A stretch of 64,000 nt of DNA from an uncultured delta proteobacterium. Its GTDB lineage: Bacteria; Desulfobacterota; Desulfuromonadia; Desulfuromonadales; JACZKF01. Below, piece after piece: positions 29,623 to 49,275 of the stretch (position 1 is its first letter; each line of letters begins with the position of its first letter). The translations under genes were made by a program, and so were the position numbers. The stretch spans positions 96,001-160,000 of the forward strand of contig CAWFKQ010000010.1 of NCBI GenBank assembly GCA_963816395.1, written 5' to 3'. The notes under the pieces were generated by a model. It was given only the letters and a program-made list of their open reading frames with translations, was not told where the DNA came from and ran no database searches.

Positions 29623-32600
29623 ATGGCTTATTCGATTGCGAATAACCAGTTTCTGCGGAAACATTTTGCCGAGATCAAGAAGATCATCGACATTCCCAAC
29701 CTGATCGATATCCAGAAGAACTCGTACAAGCGTTTCCTGCAGGCGGAGCTCCCTCCTTCGGCACGGCAGAACATCGGTCTGGAAGCCGTTTTCCGTTCCG
29801 TTTTTCCCATCCGCGATTTCAGCGAGACCTGCTCACTGGAGTATGTCTCCTACTCCCTTGGCACCCCCAAGTACGATGTGGAGGAGTGTCACCAGCGGGG
29901 GATGACTTTCGCTGCCCCGATGAAGGTCCGGGTGCGCCTGGTTTCGTGGGACGTCGACAAGGAATCGGGAGTGCAGTCGATCCGCGATATCAAAGAGCAG
30001 GAAGTCTATTTCGGCGAAATCCCCTTGATGACCGAAAACGGCACCTTCATCATCAATGGTACGGAGCGTGTTATCGTCAGCCAGTTGCACCGCTCCCCTG
30101 GTGTCTTTTTCGACCATGACAAGGGGAAAAGTCACTCCAGCGGCAAGATCCTCTACAGCGCCCGGGTGATTCCCTATCGCGGCTCCTGGCTCGATTTCGA
30201 TTTCGACCACAAAGACCTCCTCTACGTGCGTATCGACCGTCGCCGCAAGTTGCCGGCCACGGTCCTTCTGAAGGCCCTCGGGTTTTCCGCCGAGGAGCTG
30301 CTCAATTACTATTACGACATTGAGGAAATTGTTCGCGAGGGTGACGCTTACAAGAAAAAGGCCAATCCTGGCCTGCTCGCCGGCCAGAGGGCACATTACG
30401 ACGTCACTGCCTCCGACGGGGAAGTGATCGTTCGCGCCAACCGCAAATTCACCAAAGCCGCCATCAAAAAGCTGGCGGAAAAAGGTGTTGATTACATTAA
30501 AATCCCCGAGGAGGCGGTGATCGGGAAAATCGCCTCTACCGACATTGTCGATACCGCCACCGGCGAAGTGATCGTCGAGTGTAATGAGGAGATTACCGCC
30601 AGTAAGCTGCAGGAACTGCATGCTCGCGGCATCGATGAGTTCAAGGTCTTGTTCATCGACAACCTTTATGTCGGCCCCTATCTTCGGGAAACGCTGCTGC
30701 TCGACCGCATCGCCACCCCCGAGGATGCCATGATCGAGATCTACCGCCGGCTGCGGCCCGGTGATCCGCCGACCATCAAGAGCGCCACCCTGCTGTTTGA
30801 AAGCCTCTTTTTCAACCCAGAGCGTTACGATCTGTCGACCGTCGGCCGCTTGAAACTCAACTACAAACTCGGGCTGGAGACTCCCCTGGAGCACACCACC
30901 CTGACCAAGGAAGATATCCTGGAGGTCGTACGCTACCTGATCGACCTGCGCAACGGCAAGGGGGCGATAGACGACATCGACCACCTGGGGAACCGCCGGG
31001 TGCGGGCGGTCGGGGAACTGCTGGAAAATCAATACCGGGTCGGCCTGGTGCGCATGGAGCGGGCTATCAAGGAACGGATGAGCCTGCAGGAAATCGACAG
31101 TCTGATGCCGCACGACCTGATCAACAGCAAGCCGGTCTCGGCGGTGGTCAAGGAATTCTTCGGCTCCTCCCAGCTCTCGCAGTTCATGGACCAGACCAAC
31201 CCCCTCTCCGAGATTACTCACAAGCGGCGTCTTTCCGCCCTCGGTCCCGGGGGCCTGACCCGCGAGCGGGCCGGTTTCGAGGTGCGTGACGTGCATCCGA
31301 CGCACTACGGCCGGGTCTGCCCGATCGAAACGCCGGAGGGTCCGAACATCGGTCTGATCGCCTCTCTTTCGACCTATGCCCGGATCAATGAGCACGGCTT
31401 CGTCGAGACCCCCTACAGGCTTGTCCGCGACGGTCAGGTGAGCACCGAAATCCACTATTTCTCTGCCCTCGAGGAAGAGGGGCACGCCATCGCCCAGGCC
31501 AATGCTCCCCTCGACGAGCAGGGGAGGTTCGTCAACGAACTGGTGAACGCCCGCAAAAACGGCGAATTCATGCTGATGAACCGTGAGGAGATCGAGCTGA
31601 TGGACGTCTCGCCGAAACAGCTGGTTTCGGTGGCTGCCGCCCTCATCCCCTTTCTGGAGAACGACGACGCAAACCGCGCCCTGATGGGCTCCAACATGCA
31701 GCGCCAGGCGGTGCCGCTGCTGCGTGCCGATGCTCCCCTGGTCGGCACCGGCATGGAGCGCATCGTCGCCCATGACTCCGGAGCGGCGGTCGTCGCCCGC
31801 CACAACGGAGTGGTGGAGAGCGTCGACGCCGCTCGTATCGTGGTCAAGATCGATGAAGGGGAAGTCGATGAGAGCGGCACCGGCGTCGATATCTACAACC
31901 TGACCAAGTTCGCCCGCTCCAACCAGAATACCTGTCTCAATCAGAAGCCGATCGTCAAGGCCGGCGACTTGGTCAAGCGCGGCGAGATGATTGCCGACGG
32001 CCCATCCACGGAATTCGGGGAACTGGCCCTGGGACAGAATGTGCTGGTCGCCTTCATGCCCTGGGAAGGATACAACTTCGAGGATTCCATCCTCATCTCC
32101 GAGAAGCTGGTCAAGGAGGACCGCTACACCTCTATCCACATCGAAGAGTTCGAATGCGTAGCCCGCGATACCAAGCTCGGCAAGGAGGAGATCACCGACG
32201 ATATCCCCAATCTCGGTGAGGATTCCCTCAAGGACCTGGACGAGAGCGGCATTATCCGCATCGGCGCCGAAGTGAAGCCAGGCGACATCATGGTTGGCAA
32301 GATCACTCCCAAGGGGGAAACTCAGCTCTCCCCGGAGGAGAAGCTGCTGCGGGCCATTTTCGGTGAAAAGGCCGGCGACGTTCGCGATACATCCCTGCGC
32401 GTGCCGCCGGGAGTGGAGGGAGTGGTGATCGGCGCCCGTGTTTTCTCCCGCAAGGGGGCGGACAAGGACAGCCGAACCGAGCTCATCGAACGCGCCGAAA
32501 TTGATAAGCTGCGCAAGGACGAGGCCGATGAGATCCGCATTATCCGCGACTCCGCCCGCAGCAAGCTGACTGGTCTGCTGATTGGCCAGATCTCCGCCGT

Positions 32601-33732
32601 GGCGGTGACCGACCCGGCTGGCGAGGTGCTGCTGGGCAAGGGGAAAAAGATTACCGAAGAATCACTGGCCAGGACTCCTTTCCAGCAATGGAAGGAGCTC
32701 TCCCTGAGCAAAGCCGAAGAAATCGAAGAGAAGGTAGCCAATATCTTCGCCCGTCTTGCAGAGCGTGAAGAGCTGATTCGCGCCGTCTTCGACGACAAGG
32801 TGGAAAAGCTCAAGCGTGGCGACGACTTGCCGCCAGGCGTCATCAAGATGGTGAAAGTCTATATCGCCATCAAGCGCAAACTCTCGGTCGGCGACAAAAT
32901 GGCCGGCCGGCACGGCAACAAGGGGGTCCTCTCGCGCATCCTGCCCGAGGAGGACATGCCGTACATGGAAGACGGCACCCCGGTGGAGATCGTCCTCAAT
33001 CCTCTCGGCGTTCCCTCCCGTATGAACGTCGGTCAGATCCTCGAGACCCATCTGGGGCTGGCTGCCCGGGGTCTGGGGCTGCAGATCCAGCAAGTGTTGG
33101 AGAAGAATTCCGGGTCGGCGGCGCTGAAGACGAAAATGAAGGAAATTTACGGGACTAAGGAGATGGGCCGGTTCATCGACAGCCTGAACGAAGACGAGGT
33201 ACTCACCCTGAGCCGCCGGCTTTCCCGTGGCATCCCGATGGCTTCCCCGGTTTTTGAGGGGGTCAATGAAGAACAGATGAAAGCGGAAATGGCCCGGGCC
33301 GGCTTCGTCACCAGCGGCCAGATGACTCTCTACAACGGCAAGAACGGTGAAGCCTTCAAGGAGAAGGTGACCGTCGGGGTCATGTACATGCTCAAGCTGC
33401 ACCACCTGGTCGATGACAAGATTCATGCCCGCTCGATCGGTCCCTACAGCCTGGTCACCCAGCAGCCGCTGGGGGGCAAGGCGCAGTTCGGCGGCCAGCG
33501 ACTCGGCGAGATGGAGGTCTGGGCCATGGAAGCCTACGGCGCCGCCCACGCCCTGCAGGAGTTCCTTACCGTCAAGTCGGACGACGTGGCCGGGCGTACC
33601 CGGATCTATGAGGCCATCGTCAAGGGCAAGCACACCCTGGAGGCCGGCCTGCCCGAGTCCTTCAACGTGCTGATCAAGGAACTGCAGTCCCTCTGTCTTG
33701 ACGTGGAACTCCTGGAAGAGGAAGAAGAGTAA
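29623..33732 (+). CDS. rpoB: RNA polymerase subunit beta
   Basis: [33 protein letters not shown]; intact ORF. Confidence 0.99.
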   Translation: MAYSIANNQFLRKHFAEIKKIIDIPNLIDIQKNSYKRFLQAELPPSARQNIGLEAVFRSVFPIRDFSETCSLEYVSYSLGTPKYDVEECHQRGMTFAAPMKVRVRLVSWDVDKESGVQSIRDIKEQEVYFGEIPLMTENGTFIINGTERVIVSQLHRSPGVFFDHDKGKSHSSGKILYSARVIPYRGSWLDFDFDHKDLLYVRIDRRRKLPATVLLKALGFSAEELLNYYYDIEEIVREGDAYKKKANPGLLAGQRAHYDVTASDGEVIVRANRKFTKAAIKKLAEKGVDYIKIPEEAVIGKIASTDIVDTATGEVIVECNEEITASKLQELHARGIDEFKVLFIDNLYVGPYLRETLLLDRIATPEDAMIEIYRRLRPGDPPTIKSATLLFESLFFNPERYDLSTVGRLKLNYKLGLETPLEHTTLTKEDILEVVRYLIDLRNGKGAIDDIDHLGNRRVRAVGELLENQYRVGLVRMERAIKERMSLQEIDSLMPHDLINSKPVSAVVKEFFGSSQLSQFMDQTNPLSEITHKRRLSALGPGGLTRERAGFEVRDVHPTHYGRVCPIETPEGPNIGLIASLSTYARINEHGFVETPYRLVRDGQVSTEIHYFSALEEEGHAIAQANAPLDEQGRFVNELVNARKNGEFMLMNREEIELMDVSPKQLVSVAAALIPFLENDDANRALMGSNMQRQAVPLLRADAPLVGTGMERIVAHDSGAAVVARHNGVVESVDAARIVVKIDEGEVDESGTGVDIYNLTKFARSNQNTCLNQKPIVKAGDLVKRGEMIADGPSTEFGELALGQNVLVAFMPWEGYNFEDSILISEKLVKEDRYTSIHIEEFECVARDTKLGKEEITDDIPNLGEDSLKDLDESGIIRIGAEVKPGDIMVGKITPKGETQLSPEEKLLRAIFGEKAGDVRDTSLRVPPGVEGVVIGARVFSRKGADKDSRTELIERAEIDKLRKDEADEIRIIRDSARSKLTGLLIGQISAVAVTDPAGEVLLGKGKKITEESLARTPFQQWKELSLSKAEEIEEKVANIFARLAEREELIRAVFDDKVEKLKRGDDLPPGVIKMVKVYIAIKRKLSVGDKMAGRHGNKGVLSRILPEEDMPYMEDGTPVEIVLNPLGVPSRMNVGQILETHLGLAARGLGLQIQQVLEKNSGSAALKTKMKEIYGTKEMGRFIDSLNEDEVLTLSRRLSRGIPMASPVFEGVNEEQMKAEMARAGFVTSGQMTLYNGKNGEAFKEKVTVGVMYMLKLHHLVDDKIHARSIGPYSLVTQQPLGGKAQFGGQRLGEMEVWAMEAYGAAHALQEFLTVKSDDVAGRTRIYEAIVKGKHTLEAGLPESFNVLIKELQSLCLDVELLEEEEE

Positions 33733-33762
33733 ACGAACGTCATCCCACAAGGAGGATGTGCC

Positions 33763-37953
<4,191 letters not shown>

Positions 37954-38002
37954 GGATCTGCTTCTCCGTCAGGAAAAATCGTATTCAAGAGAGAAAAACA
38001 GC

Positions 38003-38031
38003 TTGACAAGGGGCGGGCGGATTGATAGATT
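38003..38031 (+). promoter_or_regulatory. sigma70 promoter of the str operon
   Basis: TTGACA-17-TAGATT. Confidence 0.65.
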
Positions 38032-38102
38032 CAGCGGGTTTTCCCCTACTGTAAGCTCTTTCGCTCTTTAATCCTACGAATAGTGATTTCGGGAGTATGT
38101 AG

Positions 38103-38474
38103 ATGCCGACTATAAATCAGTTGATCCGCAAGGGACGCGAAAAAAAGGTGAGCAAGTCCACGGCACCGGCGCTGAAGGGGAATCCCCAAAAGCGCGGGGT
38201 ATGTACCCGCGTCTACACGACCACCCCCAAGAAGCCGAACTCGGCGCTGCGCAAGGTGGCGCGTGTGCGTCTGACCAACGGGATTGTCGTTACCTCCTAT
38301 ATCCCCGGTGTTGGCCACAACCTGCAGGAGCACTCGGTGGTCCTGATTCGGGGCGGCCGCGTCAAGGACCTGCCGGGTGTGCGTTATCACATTATTCGCG
38401 GTACCCTGGATCTCGCTGGTGTCAAGGGGCGGATGCAGAGCCGTTCGAAATACGGCGCCAAGCGGCCGAAATAA
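38103..38474 (+). CDS. rpsL: 30S ribosomal protein S12
   Basis: [20 protein letters not shown]. Confidence 0.98.
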   Translation: MPTINQLIRKGREKKVSKSTAPALKGNPQKRGVCTRVYTTTPKKPNSALRKVARVRLTNGIVVTSYIPGVGHNLQEHSVVLIRGGRVKDLPGVRYHIIRGTLDLAGVKGRMQSRSKYGAKRPK

Positions 38475-38494
38475 TCGGAGCCTGAGAGGACGTT

Positions 38495-38965
38495 ATGCCG
38501 AGAAGAAGAGAAGTTGCCAAGCGGGTCATCCTTCCCGATCCCAAATTTGACGATCGCCTGTTGGCGAAGTTCATGAACTGCATCATGCTGGATGGCAAGA
38601 AGAGCACGGCCGAGCAGATCGTCTATGGCGCCTTCGACCTGATCGCCAGCCGCACCAGCGAAGAGCCCATCGCCATTTTCAAGAAGGCGATGGATAATGT
38701 GCGGCCGCTGCTGGAAGTCAAGTCCCGGCGCGTCGGCGGGTCAACTTATCAGGTGCCTGTGGAGGTGCGCTCGGACCGCCGTAATGCCCTGGCGATCCGC
38801 TGGATCATGACCTATGCCCGCGCCCGCGGTGAAAAGACCATGCAGGAACGTCTGGCCGGTGAACTCCTCGATGCTGCCAACAACCGCGGCGCTTCGGTCA
38901 AGAAGAAGGAAGATACGCACCGGATGGCCGAGGCCAACAAGGCTTTCGCTCATTATCGCTGGTAA
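38495..38965 (+). CDS. rpsG: 30S ribosomal protein S7
   Basis: [26 protein letters not shown]. Confidence 0.98.
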   Translation: MPRRREVAKRVILPDPKFDDRLLAKFMNCIMLDGKKSTAEQIVYGAFDLIASRTSEEPIAIFKKAMDNVRPLLEVKSRRVGGSTYQVPVEVRSDRRNALAIRWIMTYARARGEKTMQERLAGELLDAANNRGASVKKKEDTHRMAEANKAFAHYRW

Positions 38966-39006
38966 CCGGGATCGACTGAAGCAGATCCCCTGGAAGGAAT
39001 ATAGTT

Positions 39007-41087
<2,081 letters not shown>

Positions 41088-41104
41088 CCTGAGGAGGCTA
41101 TCCC

Positions 41105-42305
41105 ATGTCTAAAGCGAAATTTGAAAGAACCAAGCCCCATGTCAACATCGGGACTATTGGCCACGTTGACCATGGCAAGACGACCCTGACGGCCGCCATC
41201 ACCAAAGTCATGGCCTCCAAGGGTTTGGCCGAATTCAAGGCCTTCGATGCGATCGACAACGCTCCGGAGGAGCGGGAGCGCGGGATCACCATCGCCACTG
41301 CCCACGTTGAATATTCGACCGAGAAGCGGCACTACGCGCATGTGGACTGCCCGGGCCACGCCGACTACGTGAAGAACATGATCACCGGGGCGGCGCAGAT
41401 GGACGGAGCGATCCTGGTGGTGAGCGCCGCGGACGGGCCGATGCCGCAGACCCGCGAGCACATCCTGCTGGCGCGCCAGGTCGGGGTGCCCGCCATGGTG
41501 GTGTTTCTGAACAAAGCCGACATGGTGGACGACGCCGAGCTGATGGAGTTGGTCGAGCTGGAAGTGCGCGAGCTGCTCTCGATGTATGAGTTCCCCGGGG
41601 ATGAGATTCCGATCACCGCGGGCAGCGCCCTCAAGGCGCTGGAGTGCGGCTGCGGCAAGGCCGAGTGCAGCGCCTGCAAGCCGATTCTGGATCTGATGGA
41701 TAGCGTGGACAGCTACATTCCGCTGCCCGAGCGGCCCATCGACCGGCCTTTCCTGATGCCGGTGGAGGACGTGTTCTCCATCTCCGGGCGCGGCACGGTG
41801 GCCACCGGGCGCATCGAGCGCGGGGTGGTCAAGGTGGGCGAAGAAGTGGAGATCGTCGGCATGAAGGCGACCACCAAGACGGTGGTGACCGGGGTGGAGA
41901 TGTTCCGCAAGCTGCTCGATCAAGGGCAGGCCGGCGACAACGTCGGTGTTCTGCTGCGCGGCGTCAAGCGCGAAGACATCGAGCGCGGGCAGGTTCTGGC
42001 TAAGCCGGGCAGCATCACCCCGCATACGCAGGTTCAAGGCCGAGGCCTACGTTCTGACCAAGGAGGAGGGCGGTCGCCATACGCCGTTCTTCAAGGGCTA
42101 CCGGCCGCAGTTTTATTTCCGCACCACGGACGTGACCGGGATGGTGGAGCTGCCGGAAGGGGTGGAGATGGTGATGCCCGGGGACAACATCAGCATGACG
42201 GTGAACCTGATCACCCCGATCGCCATGGACAAAGAGTTGCGTTTCGCCATCCGCGAGGGCGGCCGTACCGTCGGCGCCGGCGTCGTTAGCGAGATCATCG
42301 AGTAA
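41105..42305 (+). CDS. tuf: Elongation factor Tu, copy 2 (insertion at 42029)
   Basis: Near-identical direct repeat of 24825-26026. Confidence 0.97.
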
Positions 42306-42324
42306 AGACAAGAGGGATATCCGC

Positions 42325-42633
42325 ATGTCCAGCCAAAAGATCAGAATCCGTTTGAAGGCGTATGACCACAAGCTGCTCGACCTTTCGGTCAACGAGATCG
42401 TCGATACGGCCAAACGCACCGGCGCCCGGGTTGCCGGTCCGATCCCCTTGCCGACGGTGATCAACCGCTATACCGTCCTGCGCGGCCCGCACATCGATAA
42501 AAAGAGCCGGGAGCAGTTTGAGATGCGCACTCACAAACGCCTGCTCGACATCGTCGAGCCGACCCAGCAGACAGTGGACGCCCTGATGAAGCTCGATTTG
42601 TCCGCCGGGGTGGATGTGGAAATTAAGCTGTAG
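42325..42633 (+). CDS. rpsJ: 30S ribosomal protein S10
   Basis: [28 protein letters not shown]. Confidence 0.98.
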   Translation: MSSQKIRIRLKAYDHKLLDLSVNEIVDTAKRTGARVAGPIPLPTVINRYTVLRGPHIDKKSREQFEMRTHKRLLDIVEPTQQTVDALMKLDLSAGVDVEIKL

Positions 42634-42669
42634 GCCCCCCAAAAAAATCGGATACAAGGGATACGTGCA

Positions 42670-43305
42670 ATGATAAAGGGAATTCTGGGTAAGAAGCTGG
42701 GGATGACCCAGGTCTTCGCCATCGACGGCAGGCGGATTCCGGTAACGGTGGTTGAAGCCGGGCCGTGCGTTGTCTTGCAGAAGAAGACCGTTGAAACCGA
42801 CGGCTACAACGCCATTCAGGTCGGGTTCGGCGGCCGCAAGGCCCATCGGGTGAACAAACCGGAAATGGGCCACTTCCGCCAGGTCGGCAAAGGCGCTTTC
42901 GCCTATCTGCGCGAAATGCGGGCGGAAAACGTCGATGATTATAATGTCGGGGACGAAATTACCTGTGCTGTTTTTGCCGGCGGCGATATGGTCGATGTCA
43001 CGGCTACCAGCAAAGGCAAAGGTTTCCAGGGGGTCATCAAGCGCTGGAATTTCTCCGGCGGCCGCGCCACCCACGGTTCCATGTTCCATCGGGCTCCCGG
43101 TTCCATCGGCGCCAGCGCCTGGCCTTCCCGGGTTTTCAAGGGGAAAAAGATGGCTGGCCAGATGGGTAATGCCCGGGTCACGACGCAGAACCTGCAGATT
43201 GTCGAGGTGCGCCCGGAGGAGAACCTCATACTGGTCAAAGGTGCCGTTCCGGGGCCGAAAAACGGCCTGGTGCTGATCCGTCAGGCGGTTAAAGCCAAGA
43301 AGTAG
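42670..43305 (+). CDS. rplC: 50S ribosomal protein L3
   Basis: [22 protein letters not shown]. Confidence 0.98.
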   Translation: MIKGILGKKLGMTQVFAIDGRRIPVTVVEAGPCVVLQKKTVETDGYNAIQVGFGGRKAHRVNKPEMGHFRQVGKGAFAYLREMRAENVDDYNVGDEITCAVFAGGDMVDVTATSKGKGFQGVIKRWNFSGGRATHGSMFHRAPGSIGASAWPSRVFKGKKMAGQMGNARVTTQNLQIVEVRPEENLILVKGAVPGPKNGLVLIRQAVKAKK

Positions 43306-43334
43306 CTTCAGCAAAGGTATTCGGGAGACAGATC

Positions 43335-43955
43335 ATGGCTAAGATCGCAGTTTTCGATATCAATCGGCAGCAGGTTGCTGAGCGGGAACTGGCGGACGAC
43401 ATTTTCAATGTCGATGTCAAAGTTTACCTGATCCACGATATGGTTCGCTATCAGCTGGCGGCGCGTCGTCAGGGGACTGCCTGCAGCAAGGGCCGCAGCG
43501 ACGTTTCCGGCGGTGGCCGCAAGCCGTACAAACAGAAAGGCACCGGCAATGCCCGTCAGGGGAGCATTCGGGCGCCGCACTTCGTCGGCGGCGGGCAGGC
43601 TTTCGGCCCGCATCCCCGGGATTATCGTTTCAAGCTTAACCGCAAAGTGAAAAAAGCGGCCCTGCGCAGCGCCCTTTCGGTGCGGCTTAAAGAAGAAAAA
43701 CTGACCGTCCTCAATGCTCTGAACCTGGACACGATCAGCACCAAGAGCTTTACCGAAGTACTCAAGCGGTTTGAATTGGCGGGTACCCTGGTGGTTATCG
43801 ATGGGGCCAATCCCCAGGTCGAATTGTCGGCACGTAACCTCTCCAATGTCAAGGTACTGCGGGCTGAAGGGGTAAACGTCTACGATGTGATGAAGTACCC
43901 GAACCTGCTGCTTACTGAGGGAGCCGTGTCTCAGCTGGAAGGAGCCTTAGCATGA
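43335..43955 (+). CDS. rplD: 50S ribosomal protein L4
   Basis: [12 protein letters not shown]. Confidence 0.97.
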   Translation: MAKIAVFDINRQQVAERELADDIFNVDVKVYLIHDMVRYQLAARRQGTACSKGRSDVSGGGRKPYKQKGTGNARQGSIRAPHFVGGGQAFGPHPRDYRFKLNRKVKKAALRSALSVRLKEEKLTVLNALNLDTISTKSFTEVLKRFELAGTLVVIDGANPQVELSARNLSNVKVLRAEGVNVYDVMKYPNLLLTEGAVSQLEGALA

Positions 43956-44239
43956 AGCCGCTGCATCAGATCATCAAAAAACCGTTGATCACGGAAAAAT
44001 CGAGCCAGCAGAAGGAGGCCGCGCAGGTGGTTGCCTTCGAAGTCTCCCGGGATGCTAATAAAATAGAGATCAAACAGGCGGTGGAGAAGGCGTTCGATGT
44101 GAAGGTAGCAAACGTCAATACCGTTCTCATCGCCGGCAAGGTGAAGCGCGTTGGCCGGCAGTTCGGCAAACGGTCCAACCGGAAGAAGGCCTATGTGACC
44201 CTTGCCGAGGGGAACAACATCGATTTCTTCGGCGTTTAA
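43952..44239 (+). CDS. rplW: 50S ribosomal protein L23
   Basis: [25 protein letters not shown]. Confidence 0.97.
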   Translation: MKPLHQIIKKPLITEKSSQQKEAAQVVAFEVSRDANKIEIKQAVEKAFDVKVANVNTVLIAGKVKRVGRQFGKRSNRKKAYVTLAEGNNIDFFGV

Positions 44240-44273
44240 ACCGACTGTAATACCGCGATACGGAGTGAGCAGA

Positions 44274-45101
44274 ATGGCGATTAAAAAATACAAACCGACC
44301 TCCCCGGGCCGCCGTCATATGACCGGCGCCACCTTCGAGGAGGTGACGACTTCCACCCCCGAGAAGTCGCTGACGGTACCGCTGAAACGGGCTTCCGGCC
44401 GCAATAATTATGGACGGATCACCAAAAGGCACACCGGTGGCGGGCACAAACGCAAGTACCGGATCATCGATTTCCGGCGGGAGAAGAAGGAAATTCCGGC
44501 CCGGGTCGTATCCATCGAATATGACCCTAATCGCTCAGCGCGGATTGCCCTGCTCAGCTATGCCGATGGTGAAAAGCGTTATATCCTGGCGCCCGTTGGG
44601 CTCAATGTCGGCGAGAACGTGATCGCCAGCGAATCCGCCGATATCAAGCCTGGCAACGCCATGGCCATTCGCTCCATCCCTCTTGGTACCTGGGTGCACA
44701 ACATCGAGCTGAAGGTCGGCAAGGGGGGGCAGCTGGCCCGCAGTGCTGGCACTTACGCGATGATTGCCGCCAAGGAAGGGAAATACGCCCAACTGCGACT
44801 TCCCTCGGGTGAGGTGCGGCTGGTCCTGCAGGATTGCTGTGCCACCATTGGACAGGTAGGGAACCAGGACCATGAGAACATCAAAATCGGCAAGGCCGGC
44901 CGCAATCGTTGGCTCGGTAAACGACCCCAGTCGCGGGGTGTGGCGATGAACCCCGTCGATCATCCGCACGGCGGCGGCGAGGGGAAAAGCTCCGGTGGCC
45001 GGCACCCGGTCACCCCGTGGGGGGTCCCGACCAAGGGCTATAAGACCCGTGTCAATAAGCGGACCGACACCTTCATTGTGCGCCGTAAGGACAAGAAGTA
45101 A
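44274..45101 (+). CDS. rplB: 50S ribosomal protein L2
   Basis: [25 protein letters not shown]. Confidence 0.98.
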   Translation: MAIKKYKPTSPGRRHMTGATFEEVTTSTPEKSLTVPLKRASGRNNYGRITKRHTGGGHKRKYRIIDFRREKKEIPARVVSIEYDPNRSARIALLSYADGEKRYILAPVGLNVGENVIASESADIKPGNAMAIRSIPLGTWVHNIELKVGKGGQLARSAGTYAMIAAKEGKYAQLRLPSGEVRLVLQDCCATIGQVGNQDHENIKIGKAGRNRWLGKRPQSRGVAMNPVDHPHGGGEGKSSGGRHPVTPWGVPTKGYKTRVNKRTDTFIVRRKDKK

Positions 45102-45130
45102 AGATTTCAGTTTCGATAGAGGAGACGGCA

Positions 45131-45415
45131 GTGGCGAGATCGATCAAAAAAGGGCCGTACATCGAAGAGAGCCTGCTTCGCAAGGTGGACGTGGAGAGTG
45201 GGCCGAGCAGCAAGAAGGTCATTAAGACCTGGTCCCGGCGTTCCACCATTATCCCCGAGTTTGTCGGGCACACCTTTGCTGTCCATAACGGCAAGAAATT
45301 CATCCCGGTGTTTGTCACCGAGAACATGGTGGGGCACAAACTCGGCGAGTTCGCTCCGACCCGGACCTACTACGGTCATGGCTCCGACAAGAAGAGCAAG
45401 CTCAAGAAGAAATAG
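45131..45415 (+). CDS. rpsS: 30S ribosomal protein S19
   Basis: [16 protein letters not shown]. Confidence 0.98.
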   Translation: MARSIKKGPYIEESLLRKVDVESGPSSKKVIKTWSRRSTIIPEFVGHTFAVHNGKKFIPVFVTENMVGHKLGEFAPTRTYYGHGSDKKSKLKKK

Positions 45416-45438
45416 CATTTCGTTAAGGAGTTTCGTTC

Positions 45439-45772
45439 ATGGAAGCCAGAGCCAAGCTGAGTTTCGCGCGCCTCTCTCCGCAGAAGACGCGCCTGGTGGT
45501 TGATATGGTACGCGGCAAAAGAGTGCAGGAGGTGATGAATATCCTCAGGTTCTCTCCCCAGAAGGCCGCTGCAGTGGTCTCCAAGCTGGTGAGTTCGGCC
45601 GTTGCCAACGCTGAGCAGAAGGGGGTTTCCGACGTCGACCGGCTCTACGTGAAAGCCGATCACAGTCGATCAGGGCCCGGTGTTGCGCCGTTTTCTGCCG
45701 CGCGCCCAAGGGCGGGCGACCAAGATCCGCAAGCCGACCAGCCACATAACCGTCGTTCTCGACGAAAAATAA
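45439..45772 (+). CDS. rplV: 50S ribosomal protein L22 (insertion at 45658)
   Basis: SAVANAE; shifted frame gives [35 protein letters not shown]. Confidence 0.95.
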
Positions 45773-45791
45773 TTTTAGAGGAGGTGATAGT

Positions 45792-46427
45792 TTGGGCCAG
45801 AAAGTTCATCCGATAGGATTTCGTTTGGGGGTCGTTAAGACCTGGGAGTCGAAGTGGTATGCAGAAGGGGATTTCTCCAAGCTGCTCCATGAAGACATCA
45901 AGTTACGCGACTATCTCAAGAAGCGGCTGTATCATGCCGGTATCTCCAAAATAGAGATGGAGCGGGCGGCCAACAAGGCCAAGATCAACATCTACGCCGC
46001 ACGTCCTGGGATCATTATCGGTAAGAAGGGTTCCGAGGTTGAGGCCCTGAAGAAAGAGCTGGCCAAACTCACCGACAAAGAAGTTTTCATTAATATCCAG
46101 GAAGTCCGGAAGCCGGAGATCGATGCCCAACTGGTGGCCGAGAACGTCGCTCTTCAACTGGAGCGCCGGGTCGCTTTCCGCCGGGCCATGAAGAAGGCGG
46201 TCAGCATGGCCCTCAAGTTCGGCGCTCAGGGGATCAAGATCAACTGCAGCGGCCGCCTGGGCGGCGCCGAGATGAGTCGGACCGAATGGTACCGCGAAGG
46301 TCGAGTGCCCCTGCACACCCTGCGCGCCGATATCGATTACGGGTTCGCCGAGGCGAAAACCACTTACGGTATTATCGGCGTCAAGGTGCTCATCTTTAAG
46401 GGCGAGATCCTTGCCCGGGAACAATAA
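45792..46427 (+). CDS. rpsC: 30S ribosomal protein S3
   Basis: [26 protein letters not shown]. Confidence 0.98.
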   Translation: MGQKVHPIGFRLGVVKTWESKWYAEGDFSKLLHEDIKLRDYLKKRLYHAGISKIEMERAANKAKINIYAARPGIIIGKKGSEVEALKKELAKLTDKEVFINIQEVRKPEIDAQLVAENVALQLERRVAFRRAMKKAVSMALKFGAQGIKINCSGRLGGAEMSRTEWYREGRVPLHTLRADIDYGFAEAKTTYGIIGVKVLIFKGEILAREQ

Positions 46428-46445
46428 GGAGCGGAGTACACTGCC

Positions 46446-46871
46446 ATGTTGATGCCTAAGAAGGTTAAACATAGAAAACAGTTCAAGGGGCGCATGACCG
46501 GTGCAGCAAACCGCGGTGCCGATCTCAACTTCGGCGACTACGGCCTGCAGGCTCTCGAATGTGGTTGGCTCTCCTCGCGGCAGATCGAGGCTGCTCGTCG
46601 CGCCATGACCCGTTATATCAAGCGCGGTGGTAAGATCTGGATTCGAATTTTCCCCGATAAGTCGCTTACCCGCAAGCCAGCCGAAACCCGTATGGGAAAA
46701 GGCAAGGGCTCACCGGAGAGCTGGGTGGCGGTAATCCGACCCGGTATGGTGCTCTACGAAATGCAGGGGGTTGAGGAGAGCGTAGCCCGCGAGGCGCTTC
46801 GGTTGGCTGCTCATAAACTGCCGGTGCAGACCAGGTTTGTTCTCAGGGAGGAGGCCGCCCATGAAGGCTGA
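46446..46871 (+). CDS. rplP: 50S ribosomal protein L16
   Basis: [15 protein letters not shown]. Confidence 0.98.
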   Translation: MLMPKKVKHRKQFKGRMTGAANRGADLNFGDYGLQALECGWLSSRQIEAARRAMTRYIKRGGKIWIRIFPDKSLTRKPAETRMGKGKGSPESWVAVIRPGMVLYEMQGVEESVAREALRLAAHKLPVQTRFVLREEAAHEG

Positions 46872-47049
46872 TGAATTGCGGGATCTCAGCGTCGAGGAAT
46901 TGCAGAAAAGAACCGATGAGCTCAATCAGGAGCTGTTCAATCTGAGGTTCCAGCTGCATACCGGCCATCTGGAGAATTCCGCACGAATCCCCAGGGTCCG
47001 TAAGGACATCGCCCGGGTAAAAACCATCCTGCGGCAAAAGCAGGGATAA
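46861..47049 (+). CDS. rpmC: 50S ribosomal protein L29
   Basis: [25 protein letters not shown]. Confidence 0.96.
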   Translation: MKADELRDLSVEELQKRTDELNQELFNLRFQLHTGHLENSARIPRVRKDIARVKTILRQKQG

Positions 47050-47069
47050 CGTGGATGGATGAGGACGCT

Positions 47070-47336
47070 ATGACGACGGTGCGTGGAAATCGGAAAACCC
47101 GGGTCGGTATTGTGATCAGCGACAAAATGGACAAGACCGTAGTGGTCAAGGTCGATCAGCTGGTCAAGCACCCGCTTTATGAAAAATACATCCAGCGCAG
47201 GGTGACCTGCAAGGCGCACGACGAGAACAACAGTTGTTCCGTCGGCGACAAGGTGCTGATCGTGGAGACCCGACCGCTGTCGCGCGACAAGCGCTGGCGG
47301 GTCCGCGAGATTCTCGAGAAGAATGTTGTTGTCTAG
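47070..47336 (+). CDS. rpsQ: 30S ribosomal protein S17
   Basis: [21 protein letters not shown]. Confidence 0.97.
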   Translation: MTTVRGNRKTRVGIVISDKMDKTVVVKVDQLVKHPLYEKYIQRRVTCKAHDENNSCSVGDKVLIVETRPLSRDKRWRVREILEKNVVV

Positions 47337-47348
47337 GAGATACAAGTC

Positions 47349-47717
47349 ATGATTCAGATGCAGACGATGCTTGATGTTGCGGACAACTCCGGTGCCCGGA
47401 GGCTCTGCTGCATCAAGGTGCTCGGCGGCTCCAAGAGAAAATACGCCGGACTTGGGGATATCATCATCTGCTCCGTTAAGGAGGCTCTGCCCAATTCCAA
47501 GGTGAAGAAGGGGGATGTGGTGCGCGCCGTCATCGTCAGAACGGCCAAGGAAGTCCCCCGCCCGGATGGGTCCTGCATCCGCTTCGACAAAAATTCCGCG
47601 GTTGTCGTCAATGCGGCCGGGGAACCGGTGGGAACCCGTATTTTCGGTCCTGTGGCACGCGAACTGCGCGCCCGGAAGTTCATGAAAATCGTATCGCTGG
47701 CGCCGGAAGTCCTTTAA
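47349..47717 (+). CDS. rplN: 50S ribosomal protein L14
   Basis: [21 protein letters not shown]. Confidence 0.98.
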   Translation: MIQMQTMLDVADNSGARRLCCIKVLGGSKRKYAGLGDIIICSVKEALPNSKVKKGDVVRAVIVRTAKEVPRPDGSCIRFDKNSAVVVNAAGEPVGTRIFGPVARELRARKFMKIVSLAPEVL

Positions 47718-47740
47718 ATCGATTCGGGAGAATGGAAGAC

Positions 47741-48070
47741 ATGGCGGCAAGGAAAATTCATGTCAAAAAAAATGACATGGTTACGGTCATAGCTGGCAAA
47801 GAGAAGGGCAAGTCGGGGAAAGTCCTCTGCGTTTTCGCCGAAAAGGGGCGGGTGCTTGTGGAGAACCTGAACAAGGTCAAACGGCACACCCGGCCCACCC
47901 GCACCAATGCCCAGGGCGGCATCATCGAAAAGGAAGCACCGCTGGATGCCTCCAATGTCCTGCTGCTGTGTGCAGGTTGTAACAAGCCGACCCGGACCGG
48001 GATACGCACTCTGGAAGATGGCAGCAAGGCTCGCTTTTGCAAGAAATGCAACGAGATTTTGGATAAATAA
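47741..48070 (+). CDS. rplX: 50S ribosomal protein L24
   Basis: [14 protein letters not shown] motif, GGIIEKEAP. Confidence 0.97.
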   Translation: MAARKIHVKKNDMVTVIAGKEKGKSGKVLCVFAEKGRVLVENLNKVKRHTRPTRTNAQGGIIEKEAPLDASNVLLLCAGCNKPTRTGIRTLEDGSKARFCKKCNEILDK

Positions 48071-48081
48071 GGGAGAATTCC

Positions 48082-48621
48082 ATGGCCAGAATGAAAGAAA
48101 TCTACCAGGCCGAGCTCGTTCCCCAGCTCAAAAAGGACCTGCAGCTGAAGAACGTGATGGAAGTCCCCCGGGTGGAGAAGGTGATCGTCAATATGGGCCT
48201 GGGTGAGGCGATTCAGAACATCAAGGTTCTCGAATCGGCGGTCGTGGAATTGGGACATATTACCGGGCAGAAGGCAGTGGTGACCAAGGCCAAAAAATCG
48301 ATCGCCAGCTTCAAGCTCCGTGAAGGCATGCCGATCGGTTGCATGGTGACCCTGCGGCGGGACCGAGCTTATGAATTCCTCGATCGCCTGATCAATATTG
48401 CTCTGCCCCGGGTTCGCGATTTCAAAGGAGTCTCACCTAAGGCCTTCGACGGTCGAGGCAATTATACCCTTGGGATTCGCGAGCAACTGATCTTTCCGGA
48501 AGTCGATCTCGATAAGATCGACAAGGTCAAGGGATTGAATGTGACTATCGTCACCACGGCCCGTACGGACGAGGAAGGTCGCGCTCTTCTGGCGGGGCTC
48601 GGAATGCCCTTCAGAAAATAG
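48082..48621 (+). CDS. rplE: 50S ribosomal protein L5
   Basis: [26 protein letters not shown]. Confidence 0.98.
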   Translation: MARMKEIYQAELVPQLKKDLQLKNVMEVPRVEKVIVNMGLGEAIQNIKVLESAVVELGHITGQKAVVTKAKKSIASFKLREGMPIGCMVTLRRDRAYEFLDRLINIALPRVRDFKGVSPKAFDGRGNYTLGIREQLIFPEVDLDKIDKVKGLNVTIVTTARTDEEGRALLAGLGMPFRK

Positions 48622-48645
48622 CTGGCGTCAGAAGCGGAGGATATT

Positions 48646-48831
48646 GTGGCCAAAAAATCGATGATGATCAAAGCCAAACGGCCGAAGAAGTTCGGTGTGC
48701 AGGAGTACAATCGTTGTCCCCTGTGCGGCCGGCCGAGGGCATACTATCGCAAATTCGACATGTGCAGGATTTGTCTGCGCAAGCTGGCATCCGAGGGGAA
48801 AATCCCCGGCGTGACCAAGTCCAGTTGGTAA
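48646..48831 (+). CDS. rpsN: 30S ribosomal protein S14, Zn-binding 61-aa type
   Basis: [13 protein letters not shown]. Confidence 0.96.
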   Translation: MAKKSMMIKAKRPKKFGVQEYNRCPLCGRPRAYYRKFDMCRICLRKLASEGKIPGVTKSSW

Positions 48832-48852
48832 GAGAAAGAAGGAGCTGCATCC

Positions 48853-49251
48853 ATGGCAATGACTGATCCTATCGCGGACCTTCTGACCCGCATCCGCAAT
48901 GCGGGGATGGCCAAGCACCAGAAGCTGGATATCCCCTCTTCCACCCTTAAGGTTGCGGTGGCGACAGTACTCCGGGATCTTGGCTATATCAAGAATTTCA
49001 AGACCGTCAGCGACGACAAACAGGGGATCCTGAGGATCTACCTCAAGTTCGACGACGACAACCGGCATGTGATCCACGAGATCCGGCGGGTCTCCACCCC
49101 TGGCCGGCGGGTGTATGTCGGCAAGGACGATATCCCCCTGGTCAAGAGCGGTCTTGGGTGCGCCATCATCTCCACTTCCAGGGGGGTTATGGGAGATTCA
49201 GCGGCTCGCGAGGCCCAGGTCGGCGGCGAAATCATCTGTACCATCTGGTAG
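48853..49251 (+). CDS. rpsH: 30S ribosomal protein S8
   Basis: [21 protein letters not shown]. Confidence 0.98.
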   Translation: MAMTDPIADLLTRIRNAGMAKHQKLDIPSSTLKVAVATVLRDLGYIKNFKTVSDDKQGILRIYLKFDDDNRHVIHEIRRVSTPGRRVYVGKDDIPLVKSGLGCAIISTSRGVMGDSAAREAQVGGEIICTIW

Positions 49252-49275
49252 ATCCGGAGGGTAAGGAGTTTAGAC

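Noticed and set aside
31150..31260. Resistance alleles in the rpoB rifampicin cluster (rpsL also checked)
   Set aside because: Residues are wild-type (Q, D, H, R, S in RpoB cluster I; both Lys in S12)
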